Positions 9,738 to 18,042 are shown, counted from the first letter of the stretch. The stretch: 38,659 bases of DNA from Candidatus Saccharimonadales bacterium (GCA_035702905.1 DASSZG010000051.1:1-38659); one strand, 5' to 3'. Translations and numbers: made by a program. The notes: a model not told the origin generated them from the sequence alone.

Positions 9738-9745
9738 AATGATAG

Positions 9746-10138
9746 ATGTCTCGGTTTAACTTAGAAGTTATTGTTAATGAACTTGGCGCTGATTCAGCGG
9801 CAATCATGGTACCCAATGACGCCGAAAGGCATTTAGATTGTTTTGATAGCTATAATATGCCTCCCGAGTGGGTCGCTATAAAGAATCCTTACGATGAGAA
9901 TGTTCCTAGTGGCAATGTAAGCGTATATAAGTCCGGTAAGCCGGCTCTAGCAAATCATCTGCAGAAAATGCTTGAAGGGTTTTATATAGAATCCGTGATG
10001 ATTGTCCCTGTAAAACGGGATCAAAGAACTATTGCTATGCTTGAAATCATACACGATAAAGACGGTAAGACATTCTCAGAAGAAGATCTAAAAATAGCAC
10101 TAGAGTTTGCTAATCGGTTTGAGCCTCAGCTACCGTAA
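9746..10138 (+). CDS. Stand-alone GAF-like domain protein
   Basis: 130 aa. The pattern (AAIMVPND...YIESVMIVPV...IAMLEIIH) looks like a single GAF fold with no output domain. Confidence 0.55.
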   Translation: MSRFNLEVIVNELGADSAAIMVPNDAERHLDCFDSYNMPPEWVAIKNPYDENVPSGNVSVYKSGKPALANHLQKMLEGFYIESVMIVPVKRDQRTIAMLEIIHDKDGKTFSEEDLKIALEFANRFEPQLP

Positions 10139-10176
10139 TTTCAATCGCAATCAATTACCTATCTGCACCAACAAAT

Positions 10177-10887
10177 CTATAAATATTTAGGAGCCAGCAA
10201 TAACTCCTCTAAAGTTGTACGACTGCTTTCAGTGATGGGCTTTGGCTCTAAGATTGGAACCTTATATACTGGCAAATCTAGTCTGGCTGATGCATAAGTC
10301 AGACTTTTACTGAGAAAATTACACCAGGCCATCTGCTCGTTATTAATGCACTTAACGGAAGTTGACTGTTCAGCACCAAAATCCTTCGGAACGTTATTAT
10401 AAATAGTAGTCATTGAACTTTTAGTTACGGCAATAGATTCTTCTCCCACCTCATTAAGTTCCTCGGCAGTTATACCCAGTAGTCTGTCGTCTGCAAAATA
10501 GTTGGCCATTACCGATTGAATGTCGACCCCACCCGGATGTTTCCACTGCTTTTTTCGCTCATAATAATCGGCTTGGTCTGTTGACTGCATAATTCTCTGG
10601 CGCCTGTATGTACCTGACAGAAAGACCATTGCCCCGAAAGATATATTAGCAATTAAACTTTCTGTTTCTCTCCGAGTTAAAACTTCTTCTAATAGAGGTA
10701 GCCAGTTTTCCATTCGACTGATATGGCCACTAATTTTGGGGTCGCTTCTGTTAATAAGTGTTTGTCTCATTTGCCCTAAGTCGTCTAGCGGACTATTTCG
10801 GTTTAAAGTTGAGTTAGCCGCCTCCTGAATTAACCATTCCTGAACAGCTTCTGCGCTAAACATATCTCTTGGTTCTACTAGTGGCAT
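10177..10887 (-). CDS. Hypothetical protein (orphan, 236 aa)
   Basis: Long ORF with a clean ATG start. No motif recognised and no signal peptide. Confidence 0.6.
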   Translation of the reverse strand: MPLVEPRDMFSAEAVQEWLIQEAANSTLNRNSPLDDLGQMRQTLINRSDPKISGHISRMENWLPLLEEVLTRRETESLIANISFGAMVFLSGTYRRQRIMQSTDQADYYERKKQWKHPGGVDIQSVMANYFADDRLLGITAEELNEVGEESIAVTKSSMTTIYNNVPKDFGAEQSTSVKCINNEQMAWCNFLSKSLTYASARLDLPVYKVPILEPKPITESSRTTLEELLLAPKYL

Positions 10888-10896
10888 TATTACTAA

Positions 10897-10905
10897 ATGA
10901 TAACA
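10897..10905 (-). promoter_or_regulatory. Extended -10 TGtTATCAT, 9 nt before the ATG (leaderless-type)
   Basis: Minus strand reads TGtTATCAT-ttagtaata-ATG(10887), with no SD. Confidence 0.4.
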
Positions 10906-10998
10906 TTATTGTGACTATATTACAATTTGGTTACTTGGTAGTTTTCTTTATTAGCATTTTTTGCGTTTTATTGCAGAATATTGTAATCTTTAGAGGAA

Positions 10999-12321
10999 AT
11001 GTCTGTAGAAGTTGTGCTGGGATTTCAGAGAGGTGACGAAGGTAAAGGTCGCTTCATTGATGATAAAGCCCAGGATTGTGATTTAGTTCTTCGTTTTAAT
11101 GGCGGAGCAAATGCTGGGCATACTATTGTGTTGCCAGATGGGCAAGATCTGGCTCTTCACCAGATACCGTCCGGTATAGCATACGACCACGTAGTGAATG
11201 TAATGGGTAATGGTCAATTTATTGACCCTGTTAAACTTTGTACCGAAATTGGTGATGTACGAAGCAAAGGACTTGAGGTTAATCCAGACAGACTAAAGAT
11301 TAGCCAGCAAGCTAATATGGTCATGCCTCACCATGTTTATGAGGATATGATTCGGGAAAGTGGAGATGGTGCTCAGGGTAGCACTAAGTCAGGCATAGCC
11401 CAGGTGGCATCTTCTCGCGCCCAACGTATCGGTCACAGAATGGAAGACATAATCGAAAATCCTAGATCTCTTAGGGACACTGTGCTTTCATCACTTAAGG
11501 CGCAGCGTCCATTCCGAGATAATTTAATTGATCCAATTGATGAAGAGGCTAAGACTGAAGAGTTCATGCAGTGCGCCCAACTACTTGGTGAATACGTTAC
11601 AGATACGGTTTTATATACCAATCGCCGCCTACTCGACGTCAGACATCCTGCTCGAGCTTTGGCTGAAGGTGCACAAGCATTTTTGCTTGATATTGATCAC
11701 GGAATGTGGCCATATACCACCTCGTCAACTACAACTGTTGGGGGCGCTATTAAAGGCTTAGGTATTCCTGCTGAAGAAATAAGCAAAGTAACCGGTATTG
11801 TTAAAAGCATACATTCACATGTTGGTGACGGTCCGTTTGTAACAGAAATTCATGATCAAGATTTACTTGAAAGACTTCATGGCGATATGGATTCCGTAGA
11901 CGCTGAAAAAGGAAAAACTACAGGTAGAATAAGGCGCCTGGGCTATTTAGACTTTCCCCAGATAGGTAGAGCATGCATGGTAAATCGTCCAGATAACATC
12001 TGCTTGTCCAAACTTGACTGGGTTACGAGATTTGGAGACTCTTTCCTGGTTTGCGTAAATTACGAGCTAGAGGGCCAACTTCTAGACATAGCCCCTGCGG
12101 CCGCGTGTCAGCTAGAACGGTGCAGGCCAATTTATGTCGAACTACCAACCTGGACAGAATCAATTGAAGATGTTAGAGATTTTGATGATTTACCGGAAAA
12201 TGCCCGCAATTTCATTCATTTCTTCGAGAATATGATCAACCAAATGGGCATCCTCAGAAATGCTGTGAAAATAGCCAATATTGGGGTAGGGCCTGGGCGC
12301 GATCAAGTCATTAGACGATAG
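10999..12321 (+). CDS. purA: Adenylosuccinate synthetase (divergent)
   Basis: GFQRGDEGKGRFID P-loop, NGGANAGHTI, TTGRIRRLG and C-terminal GVGPGRDQVI are collinear with AdSS. AGAGGA precedes the ATG. Confidence 0.9.
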   Translation: MSVEVVLGFQRGDEGKGRFIDDKAQDCDLVLRFNGGANAGHTIVLPDGQDLALHQIPSGIAYDHVVNVMGNGQFIDPVKLCTEIGDVRSKGLEVNPDRLKISQQANMVMPHHVYEDMIRESGDGAQGSTKSGIAQVASSRAQRIGHRMEDIIENPRSLRDTVLSSLKAQRPFRDNLIDPIDEEAKTEEFMQCAQLLGEYVTDTVLYTNRRLLDVRHPARALAEGAQAFLLDIDHGMWPYTTSSTTTVGGAIKGLGIPAEEISKVTGIVKSIHSHVGDGPFVTEIHDQDLLERLHGDMDSVDAEKGKTTGRIRRLGYLDFPQIGRACMVNRPDNICLSKLDWVTRFGDSFLVCVNYELEGQLLDIAPAAACQLERCRPIYVELPTWTESIEDVRDFDDLPENARNFIHFFENMINQMGILRNAVKIANIGVGPGRDQVIRR

Positions 12322-12322
12322 T

Positions 12323-13867
12323 TTAGCTACCAATAACTTGGACATCGTGGGGGTTGGACTCTCTTACACCATTCTCGCTAGACCGAGTGAACATCGTATT
12401 ACGTCTGTGGTAATCAAGATTAGGTGCTTTTACATAACGTAAACTTTTTCGAAGAGATGCCACGGCTAATTTGATAACGGTTTCGGCATCACCTTTATAA
12501 GGAACATAGGCTGGTACACCCTCTGGATTGATTAGACCACCACCGTTGTCATAGCGTTTTCTTGATACTTCATTTTGGCTAATAGCAAGAGCTGACCCCA
12601 TGCCAATATATAACTTCTTCCTTTGGCCATTTTCTATGACTACTTCACCAGGTGCTTGATCGGTACCGGCAAGCATATTTCCAAGCATAACAGTATTGGC
12701 ACCGGCAGCAATTGCTATTGATATATGTCCATGCTTACTTATTCCACCATCAGAGCAGACAGGTAGATGCGCAAACTTACCGCCCAATGCCCTGACAACG
12801 CGGTAACCGGCTGTCACCTGGGGAGTGCCGATGCCGGTTTCAGGACGCGTGGTGCATATTGAACCACCGCCTTGACCAACTCGAAAGCCGTCAGCACCTG
12901 CCTTAGCCAGTTCAACTGCAGATAAACCACTGGTTATATTACCCACTACAATATCAGCTGTTATATTCGGGTTCTTCTTTGCTTCACGTAGCGTTTGAAA
13001 CATGTAATATGAATCGCCATCAGCCGTATCAAGCACAAATACATCCGCGTACTTATCTAAAGCTTCCATTCTTTCAATGCCTTCTAATCCGGTTGTAACG
13101 GCAGCTCCCACACGTAAATTACCATTTTCGTCTACATTAAAATTAGCAACATCAAGCATTGTCCGCTTAACATCTGACCATAAATAAAGACCGGCCAGCG
13201 AACCGTCTTCTTTTACTAGCGGCAACATGTTGCACTTGTATTTTTTCATCAGGTTGTATGCTTCTTCTAAAGTTGTATTGACAGGGGCTGAGTGTACGTC
13301 TTCCAAAGGAGTCATACAATCAGCAGCAGTCAGGTCTAAATGATCCGCGAACTCAAAATCTTTATTGGTTAGTACGCCTACAACCTTACCGTCGGCATTC
13401 TGAACAGGAAAAGTACGAAAGCCAAAACGCTTCTCTTTACATATTGCATTGATATTTTGCAGAGATTGATCGCTTCGTACACAGAACGGTTTATCTATTC
13501 TTGCCTGAGTAGCCTTCTTGACTCGTCGGACTTCATCATATTGTTCTTCCTTTGTCATTGCAGCATGAATAATACCTAAGCCGCCCTCTCTCGCCATGGT
13601 TATTGCCATATCACTCTCCGTAACAGTTGTCATGGGTGAGCTGATGATTGGTATTTTTACTGGAATGTTAACCGAGAACTTAGACATGATGTCTATGACC
13701 TTCGGTAGCTCGCGCATTTGTCCTGCGCCGGTATTTTCCAACACATCATCGAAAGTTATGCCTAGATATTGACTCTCTAAGAAGTCAAAAAACCTATCTT
13801 TTTCGTTTGAATAGACAGCCTCTTCTACTGCTGGATCAGGTGATAACAATTCTTGTTTATTTGCCAT
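12323..13867 (-). CDS. guaB: IMP dehydrogenase with CBS pair
   Basis: Catalytic loop GQGGGSICTTR, IIHAAMT, and a CBS insert. Start set at the ATG giving MANKQ, preceded by GGAGGG. The track start is an upstream TTG. Confidence 0.95.
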   Translation of the reverse strand: MANKQELLSPDPAVEEAVYSNEKDRFFDFLESQYLGITFDDVLENTGAGQMRELPKVIDIMSKFSVNIPVKIPIISSPMTTVTESDMAITMAREGGLGIIHAAMTKEEQYDEVRRVKKATQARIDKPFCVRSDQSLQNINAICKEKRFGFRTFPVQNADGKVVGVLTNKDFEFADHLDLTAADCMTPLEDVHSAPVNTTLEEAYNLMKKYKCNMLPLVKEDGSLAGLYLWSDVKRTMLDVANFNVDENGNLRVGAAVTTGLEGIERMEALDKYADVFVLDTADGDSYYMFQTLREAKKNPNITADIVVGNITSGLSAVELAKAGADGFRVGQGGGSICTTRPETGIGTPQVTAGYRVVRALGGKFAHLPVCSDGGISKHGHISIAIAAGANTVMLGNMLAGTDQAPGEVVIENGQRKKLYIGMGSALAISQNEVSRKRYDNGGGLINPEGVPAYVPYKGDAETVIKLAVASLRKSLRYVKAPNLDYHRRNTMFTRSSENGVRESNPHDVQVIGS

Positions 13868-13892
13868 GATTCCCTCCAAAGAGCTTTATGAG

Positions 13893-13901
13893 ATTGTAGC
13901 A
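13893..13901 (-). promoter_or_regulatory. Extended -10 TGcTACAAT for guaB
   Basis: Followed by a 25-nt leader containing GGAGGG, then the ATG. It lies downstream of the terminator at 13946-13978. Confidence 0.45.
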
Positions 13902-13945
13902 CCTTGCGCCAAGGAATTACAGGCTTAAGGTTTGAAGTAAGCATG

Positions 13946-13978
13946 AATAAAAAAGAGCCCGCTTCAACGACGGACTCT
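13946..13978 (-). terminator. Intrinsic terminator, stronger on the minus strand
   Basis: Minus RNA folds as AGAGUCCG-UCGUUGAAG-CGGGCUCU, 8 bp including one G-U, followed by UUUUUUAUU. On the plus strand the same stem has a C-A mismatch. Confidence 0.7.
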
Positions 13979-14131
13979 TTCTTTTTTACCTTAGAGCTTT
14001 TTTAGCAACCGGTCGATCTTTATAAAATCTTGAGAGGTTGAGAGCTCAAAGGTTAAACCACCATTGCTTTTCATAATGATGATCCTGCCTTTTTTAAATT
14101 GTTAATGTTTTTTGTTTTGTGATCACTCAAC
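13946..14131 (-). ncRNA. Candidate independent small transcript (sRNA or sORF mRNA) between promoter and terminator
   Basis: Bounded by the TTGACA-16-TATAAT promoter (14138-14165) and the terminator (13946-13978). Contains an A-rich tract and a 17-codon ORF (14020-14073, MKSNGGLTFELQPLKIL), with AGGA 8 nt upstream of its ATG. Confidence 0.35.
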
Positions 14132-14137
14132 GTATAA

Positions 14138-14165
14138 CATTATACACAAATTTGTTGTTTTGTCA
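14138..14165 (-). promoter_or_regulatory. Consensus sigma-70 promoter: TTGACA, 16-nt spacer, TATAAT
   Basis: Minus strand reads caaatTTGACAaaacaacaaatttgtgTATAATgttatac. It is the only site in the window with both hexamers at perfect consensus. Confidence 0.55.
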
Positions 14166-14246
14166 AATTTGGTAATCAGTTTTGTTTTTGTTGACCTCAG
14201 TTGTATTCTAGTTTGTTTAGCGTCTGCTCTGCAATAGCGTTAATGA

Positions 14247-14588
14247 TTATTCTGTTGTAGTTTTTGCACCTAATGTTGTTTGCCAAAATATGGCAAGTGC
14301 TAATAGGAAAACTGCAATCACAATACCAAGCAAGAGCCAATCTACATGATGTTGCTTAGGCGCAGGTAATACATACGACTTGGAAGATGAAGTCGTCGGA
14401 CTTAGGGTGACACTCGGGAGCGTAGTTGGGCTTAATGAAACCCCAGTGTTGGAATCAAACAGGTTTACTGAGCTAGATTGGAGGTTGCTCTGGTTAGAAG
14501 TAAGGCCAGGATCGGACGTTGCCGATTGCGGGTTCTGGGTCGTGGTTTGCGATCCCGCATTACTCGTAGTGTTTAAGCCGCCTTGCAT
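14247..14588 (-). CDS. Tail-anchored low-complexity (Ser/Thr/Gln-rich) membrane protein
   Basis: 113 aa. The N-terminal approximately 80 aa are S/T/Q/N-rich. A single C-terminal TM segment reads WLLLGIVIAVFLLALAIFW. TACAAT lies 8 nt before the ATG. Confidence 0.6.
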   Translation of the reverse strand: MQGGLNTTSNAGSQTTTQNPQSATSDPGLTSNQSNLQSSSVNLFDSNTGVSLSPTTLPSVTLSPTTSSSKSYVLPAPKQHHVDWLLLGIVIAVFLLALAIFWQTTLGAKTTTE

Positions 14589-14642
14589 TAGTAATCATTG
14601 TAAAGCATTTAGCTTAAATAAAGTAACAACATTAAAGATAAA

Positions 14643-15191
14643 CTAAAGAACCTTAAAGCCTATCAAAATACCTACAATTATTAATATGGCGCCACCAAAG
14701 AGCTCACTGTAGCTTTCAATATTACTTTTGAGCCGACTGCCTAGTTCCATTCCTAGAAGTGACAGGATTATGCTGAAAATACCTATAATTATGACCGTCT
14801 CAGCTAGTGGCTCTTTAGTAGCCCCTAAGCTAAAGCCGACAACAAGACTATCTATGCTTATTGAAAGTCCCATAATCAGGAGTCTCTTTATGCTATTAGG
14901 TGCTGGGGTGTCGGTTTCTTGTATAAGTAAATCTTGGACGATTGTATATAGCCCGGTGGCAACCAGTAGTGCGCCGCCGAATATACTGGCAGCGCTACCT
15001 AAAGAACCGGCGATAGTCCGCCCGACAATGAAACCGACTATTGGCATTCCGGTTTCAAATCCACAAAAGACTAAACTGTTTCTTAAGCGGTGGCGTCTAC
15101 TTAATCCCGACAAACCCATAGCGATTGATATCGCAAAGTTATCGAGACCTACCGAAAATCCAACCAGGATTAAGGCTAGCAATTTATTCAT
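14643..15191 (-). CDS. mntP: Manganese efflux pump MntP family (DUF204)
   Basis: 182 aa with an internally duplicated architecture. GLDNFAISIAMG and SIDSLVVGFSLG motifs are typical of MntP. Confidence 0.8.
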   Translation of the reverse strand: MNKLLALILVGFSVGLDNFAISIAMGLSGLSRRHRLRNSLVFCGFETGMPIVGFIVGRTIAGSLGSAASIFGGALLVATGLYTIVQDLLIQETDTPAPNSIKRLLIMGLSISIDSLVVGFSLGATKEPLAETVIIIGIFSIILSLLGMELGSRLKSNIESYSELFGGAILIIVGILIGFKVL

Positions 15192-15198
15192 CTATACG

Positions 15199-15207
15199 AT
15201 GATAGCA
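15199..15207 (-). promoter_or_regulatory. Extended -10 TGcTATCAT, 7 nt before the mntP ATG (leaderless-type)
   Basis: Minus strand reads TGcTATCAT-cgtatag-ATG(15191), with no SD. Confidence 0.45.
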
Positions 15208-15245
15208 ACGATTGAACTTTCTTGCTATATTGCCTTACTAATACT

Positions 15246-15662
15246 CTAGACTTGGCTGTCTATCTCGGCGTCACGACGTATGGTGAAAAGTCTGGCCAAA
15301 CCCCACGCAACAACTGCGTAAACTAGCATGGCAACCAGTGTAAAGGTCTCAAAACGCGACACACCATAATGCAAGTTATAGCCAAACAATCCGAAAAAGG
15401 GTGCCACAAAAGGATGGCTGGTACTATAAATAAAGTTTGCGAATTGATTGGTTGCATTAGCGCCGAGTAAGGCAAGGATAAAGCGAAACGCTAGCAGGAC
15501 CAAAAGAACTCCGGCCACATACCAGATTATTCTTGAGGCAAGGCTGGCATGCCGTCTTTCAGTAACCACACGGTCTGCACCGTTGTCATCGACTCGTGCC
15601 GTTCTCTCAGTGACCATACCATCATTACCGACTTGTTTAATTTGCTGTACGTGAGTTGACAT
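15246..15662 (-). CDS. YggT-like small membrane protein
   Basis: LLAFRFILALLGAN...FIYSTSHPFVAPFFG pattern plus a second TM segment. Strong AAAGGAGG SD. Confidence 0.5.
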   Translation of the reverse strand: MSTHVQQIKQVGNDGMVTERTARVDDNGADRVVTERRHASLASRIIWYVAGVLLVLLAFRFILALLGANATNQFANFIYSTSHPFVAPFFGLFGYNLHYGVSRFETFTLVAMLVYAVVAWGLARLFTIRRDAEIDSQV

Positions 15663-15826
15663 TACATTTACCTCCTTTTAGAAGTATTCATTACTCTAGT
15701 GGAGATATGATTTTACAGCAGTAAGTTAACTTACACGGACGTTTTTTAGCTGGGCGAATTATCTATAGCCTTGGCGAAGAGATGCTGTTCTTCGTGCATA
15801 AGTTTTGAGTCAATAGATTCCCCTGG

Positions 15827-16609
15827 CTACCGAGTAGACGAGCTTATTGCGGGACTTTTATCGACGTCTTCATGTGTTATCTGCAAATAAACTACACAGA
15901 TAATTATTAGTAAAAATAGCACGCCCGCTACCGGACCATCGCCCCAACCCAAGGCACCTAGGCTATGGGCCTTACCTGTCCAGTCAGCAAATGAAGCCCC
16001 AAGTGGCCTTGTCATAATATAGGCAAACCAAAAGGAGAATATTGGATTCCATTTGAGTAAAAAGAAGCCTAAAGCAGGCACTATAAACAGGCCTGCAAAT
16101 ATTATTCCGGCTGAAAGGAAACCTAATTTAAAAGTATAAGCAAAAAGGTCGCCAGCCGCCGTTCCCAGAGCAAATGTAGTTAAAACAGTTGCCCAATAAA
16201 ATAATTCTCTTCTTGTTGTTGTAATACTATGAATGGACAATGTGCCTTCTGTGGTCTTCCATAAATAAAAAACTATACCAAGCAAGATGGCAAAGGCGAT
16301 GGTTGTTACTAAATATGGTATGCCGATGACAACATGCATGACATCGGCTGCCATTGTACCGAATATAGCCACCATTAATACTGCTAGCCAATAAACCAAA
16401 GGTATGTATCTTTTAGTTCTAAATTGTAAAAATAGTACTCCTACAAATACAACAAACCCGAGGATTACTGCCGCATACGGATTGAACTGAAATACTAAAA
16501 AGTCCGACGTTGATTCTCCCATAGCCGTCGTCAACAGCTTAATTACCCAGAACAACAATGTAACTTGCGGTACTTTACGCAATAGTTTTGCGTTCACATT
16601 CAGAATCAT
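15827..16609 (-). CDS. Polytopic membrane protein (COG4705-like)
   Basis: 260 aa. The N-terminal motif FWVIKLLTTAMGESTSDFL resembles that uncharacterised family. Overlaps the upstream gene by 4 nt. Confidence 0.55.
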   Translation of the reverse strand: MILNVNAKLLRKVPQVTLLFWVIKLLTTAMGESTSDFLVFQFNPYAAVILGFVVFVGVLFLQFRTKRYIPLVYWLAVLMVAIFGTMAADVMHVVIGIPYLVTTIAFAILLGIVFYLWKTTEGTLSIHSITTTRRELFYWATVLTTFALGTAAGDLFAYTFKLGFLSAGIIFAGLFIVPALGFFLLKWNPIFSFWFAYIMTRPLGASFADWTGKAHSLGALGWGDGPVAGVLFLLIIICVVYLQITHEDVDKSPAISSSTR

Positions 16610-17091
16610 TTTTCGGATATATACTTAGCCAGGTACTTCTTAGATGCCCATTCGATTAACAAATAGCCGCATATCGCTCCTACAACCCCGAATACCCATC
16701 CGCCAATAATATCTAGGGGTGAGTGAACTTTAGCAAGAACCCTTGAGAGCCCGATGATAAAAGTCAGCAAAAACATAATGTAGGATACTTTTTTGTTATA
16801 AAAATAAGTTATAGCAGTTAGCGTACCGGTTAACAGTGCATGATCTGAGGGGAATCCATTGTCGGCAGCATGTTTAATTAGAGGTTTAACATGTTCAGTC
16901 ACAAATGGTCTAGGGTCGTAATATATTTTGCTGGCGATTCTGGATATTACAAAAGCAATAACGCCGGCTACAATCGTAGCTAAAAAGAAGTTAACTTTTT
17001 TGTCTTTAGCTAGCTGAAGCCAGGCAACAACAAGCCCAATAAGAACTGCAATAAAAAGATACTGTGCACAAAATATAATAATGCTATTCAT
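16606..17091 (-). CDS. PAP2 superfamily phosphatase (BcrC/undecaprenyl-diphosphatase-like)
   Basis: PSDHA and SRV..KVHSPLD..GG phosphatase motifs. Start set at the ATG giving MNSIIIF. The track start is a TTG three codons upstream. Confidence 0.8.
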   Translation of the reverse strand: MNSIIIFCAQYLFIAVLIGLVVAWLQLAKDKKVNFFLATIVAGVIAFVISRIASKIYYDPRPFVTEHVKPLIKHAADNGFPSDHALLTGTLTAITYFYNKKVSYIMFLLTFIIGLSRVLAKVHSPLDIIGGWVFGVVGAICGYLLIEWASKKYLAKYISEK

Positions 17092-17099
17092 GGGTATCA

Positions 17100-17108
17100 A
17101 TTATACCA
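17100..17108 (-). promoter_or_regulatory. Extended -10 TGgTATAAT, 8 nt before the ATG (leaderless-type)
   Basis: Minus strand reads TGgTATAAT-tgataccc-ATG(17091), with no SD. Confidence 0.5.
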
Positions 17109-17214
17109 CTGCCGAATTATTGTTTAACCAAAACTCCCTCTAGTGTTAAGTAGATTAAAGATTCTATCTATAACTAGCGAAAGATAAGTTACTTTACCGT
17201 ATGACGGTTGTACT

Positions 17215-17862
17215 TTAATAATCTAAATAAAAACTTATCTCCGATAGCTGAGGTACAATTTCGTCGGCCATAATAAGCTCATCAGGTGTATGCGTATTAC
17301 TAACTGCTACGCACATCATTCCAGCCTTTTTGGCCGCTAATATACCACTAGGTGCATCCTCTACAACTAAGCATTTAGCAGGATCTATTTGTAAACGTTC
17401 GGCGGCTTTAAGGTACCCTTCAGGGCTCGGTTTACCGTTATTCACGTCTTCGGCAGTTACGCTTGTCGCTAAATAGCGAGCTATGCCTATACTTTCTAAT
17501 AGAGAGGATGCTTCGTTTCTAGGTGCACTTGTAACTACTGCTACTTTAATTCCTCTTCTAACAGCCCTTTCTACAAACTCCCTTACACCTTCGTAATCCT
17601 GAACACCTTCACTAGACAGTTGGATATATCGCTGGGACTTAGCCAAAACTATTTTATCGGCAGGAATATTACTACCTTTAGCGGCTAAGTATGCTTCGAC
17701 TCCTTCTTTATCTGTCCTGCCAGCAAAATATGCCTTATAGTCCTCGGGCTGTAATGAAAGTCCGCTATCTTCGAATGTTATAGCGAATGCCTCCTCGTGT
17801 AGGTGTTCGTCATTTACTAAAACACCGTTCATGTCCAGCAGTATGGCTTCAACGCTATTCAT
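17215..17862 (-). CDS. HAD superfamily hydrolase (beta-phosphoglucomutase-like subfamily IA)
   Basis: DMNGVL motif I, VTSAPR motif II and VEDAPSG motif IV. Confidence 0.85.
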   Translation of the reverse strand: MNSVEAILLDMNGVLVNDEHLHEEAFAITFEDSGLSLQPEDYKAYFAGRTDKEGVEAYLAAKGSNIPADKIVLAKSQRYIQLSSEGVQDYEGVREFVERAVRRGIKVAVVTSAPRNEASSLLESIGIARYLATSVTAEDVNNGKPSPEGYLKAAERLQIDPAKCLVVEDAPSGILAAKKAGMMCVAVSNTHTPDELIMADEIVPQLSEISFYLDY

Positions 17863-17869
17863 CTAACTC

Positions 17870-17878
17870 ATCATAGCA
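17870..17878 (-). promoter_or_regulatory. Extended -10 TGcTATGAT, 7 nt before the ATG (leaderless-type)
   Basis: Minus strand reads TGcTATGAT-gagttag-ATG(17862), with no SD. Confidence 0.45.
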
Positions 17879-17925
17879 AAAGGCCATTTTTAATTTAATC
17901 AATAAGATTCTTAAGCAATTTAGGC

Positions 17926-17955
17926 AAATAAAAACCTCTGCTCGAATAACAGAGG
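17926..17955 (-). terminator. Intrinsic terminator after tRNA-fMet
   Basis: Minus RNA folds as CCUCUG-UUAUUCGAG-CAGAGG followed by UUUUUAUUU. It starts 12 nt past the tRNA 3' end. Confidence 0.6.
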
Positions 17956-17967
17956 ATGCTGTACTAC

Positions 17968-18042
17968 TGGTTGCGGGGGCAGGACTCGAACCTGCGACCT
18001 CGTGGTTATGAGCCACGCGAGCTGCCGCTGCTCCACCCCGCG
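17968..18042 (-). tRNA. Initiator tRNA-fMet (CAU)
   Basis: Reads CGCGGGGUGGAGCAGCGGCAGCUCGCGUGGCUCAUAACCACGAGGUCGCAGGUUCGAGUCCUGCCCCCGCAACCA. It has the C1xA72 mismatch, A11:U24 and near-identity to the E. coli fMet acceptor and D stems. Confidence 0.92.

Noticed and set aside
9455-9745. A roughly 58-codon open minus-strand frame in the tRNA-Met downstream gap, and a plus-strand GGAGG at 9626-9630
   Set aside because: The open frame contains no ATG, GTG or TTG. The GGAGG has no start codon within 5-10 nt.
13868-14246. Purine, ZTP or other known riboswitch in the guaB upstream region (likewise 10888-10998 upstream of purA)
   Set aside because: I could not find the conserved cores of the guanine/adenine aptamer or the ZTP motif by eye. 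In addition, guaB has its own promoter downstream of the terminator. An Rfam scan is still needed.
14728-15249. 173-aa ORF antisense to the whole of mntP
   Set aside because: It is striking in length, but the minus-strand product carries the duplicated MntP motifs. The antisense product has the Pro/Ser/Ile/Lys-rich composition typical of the mirror frame of membrane genes, and it has no start context.
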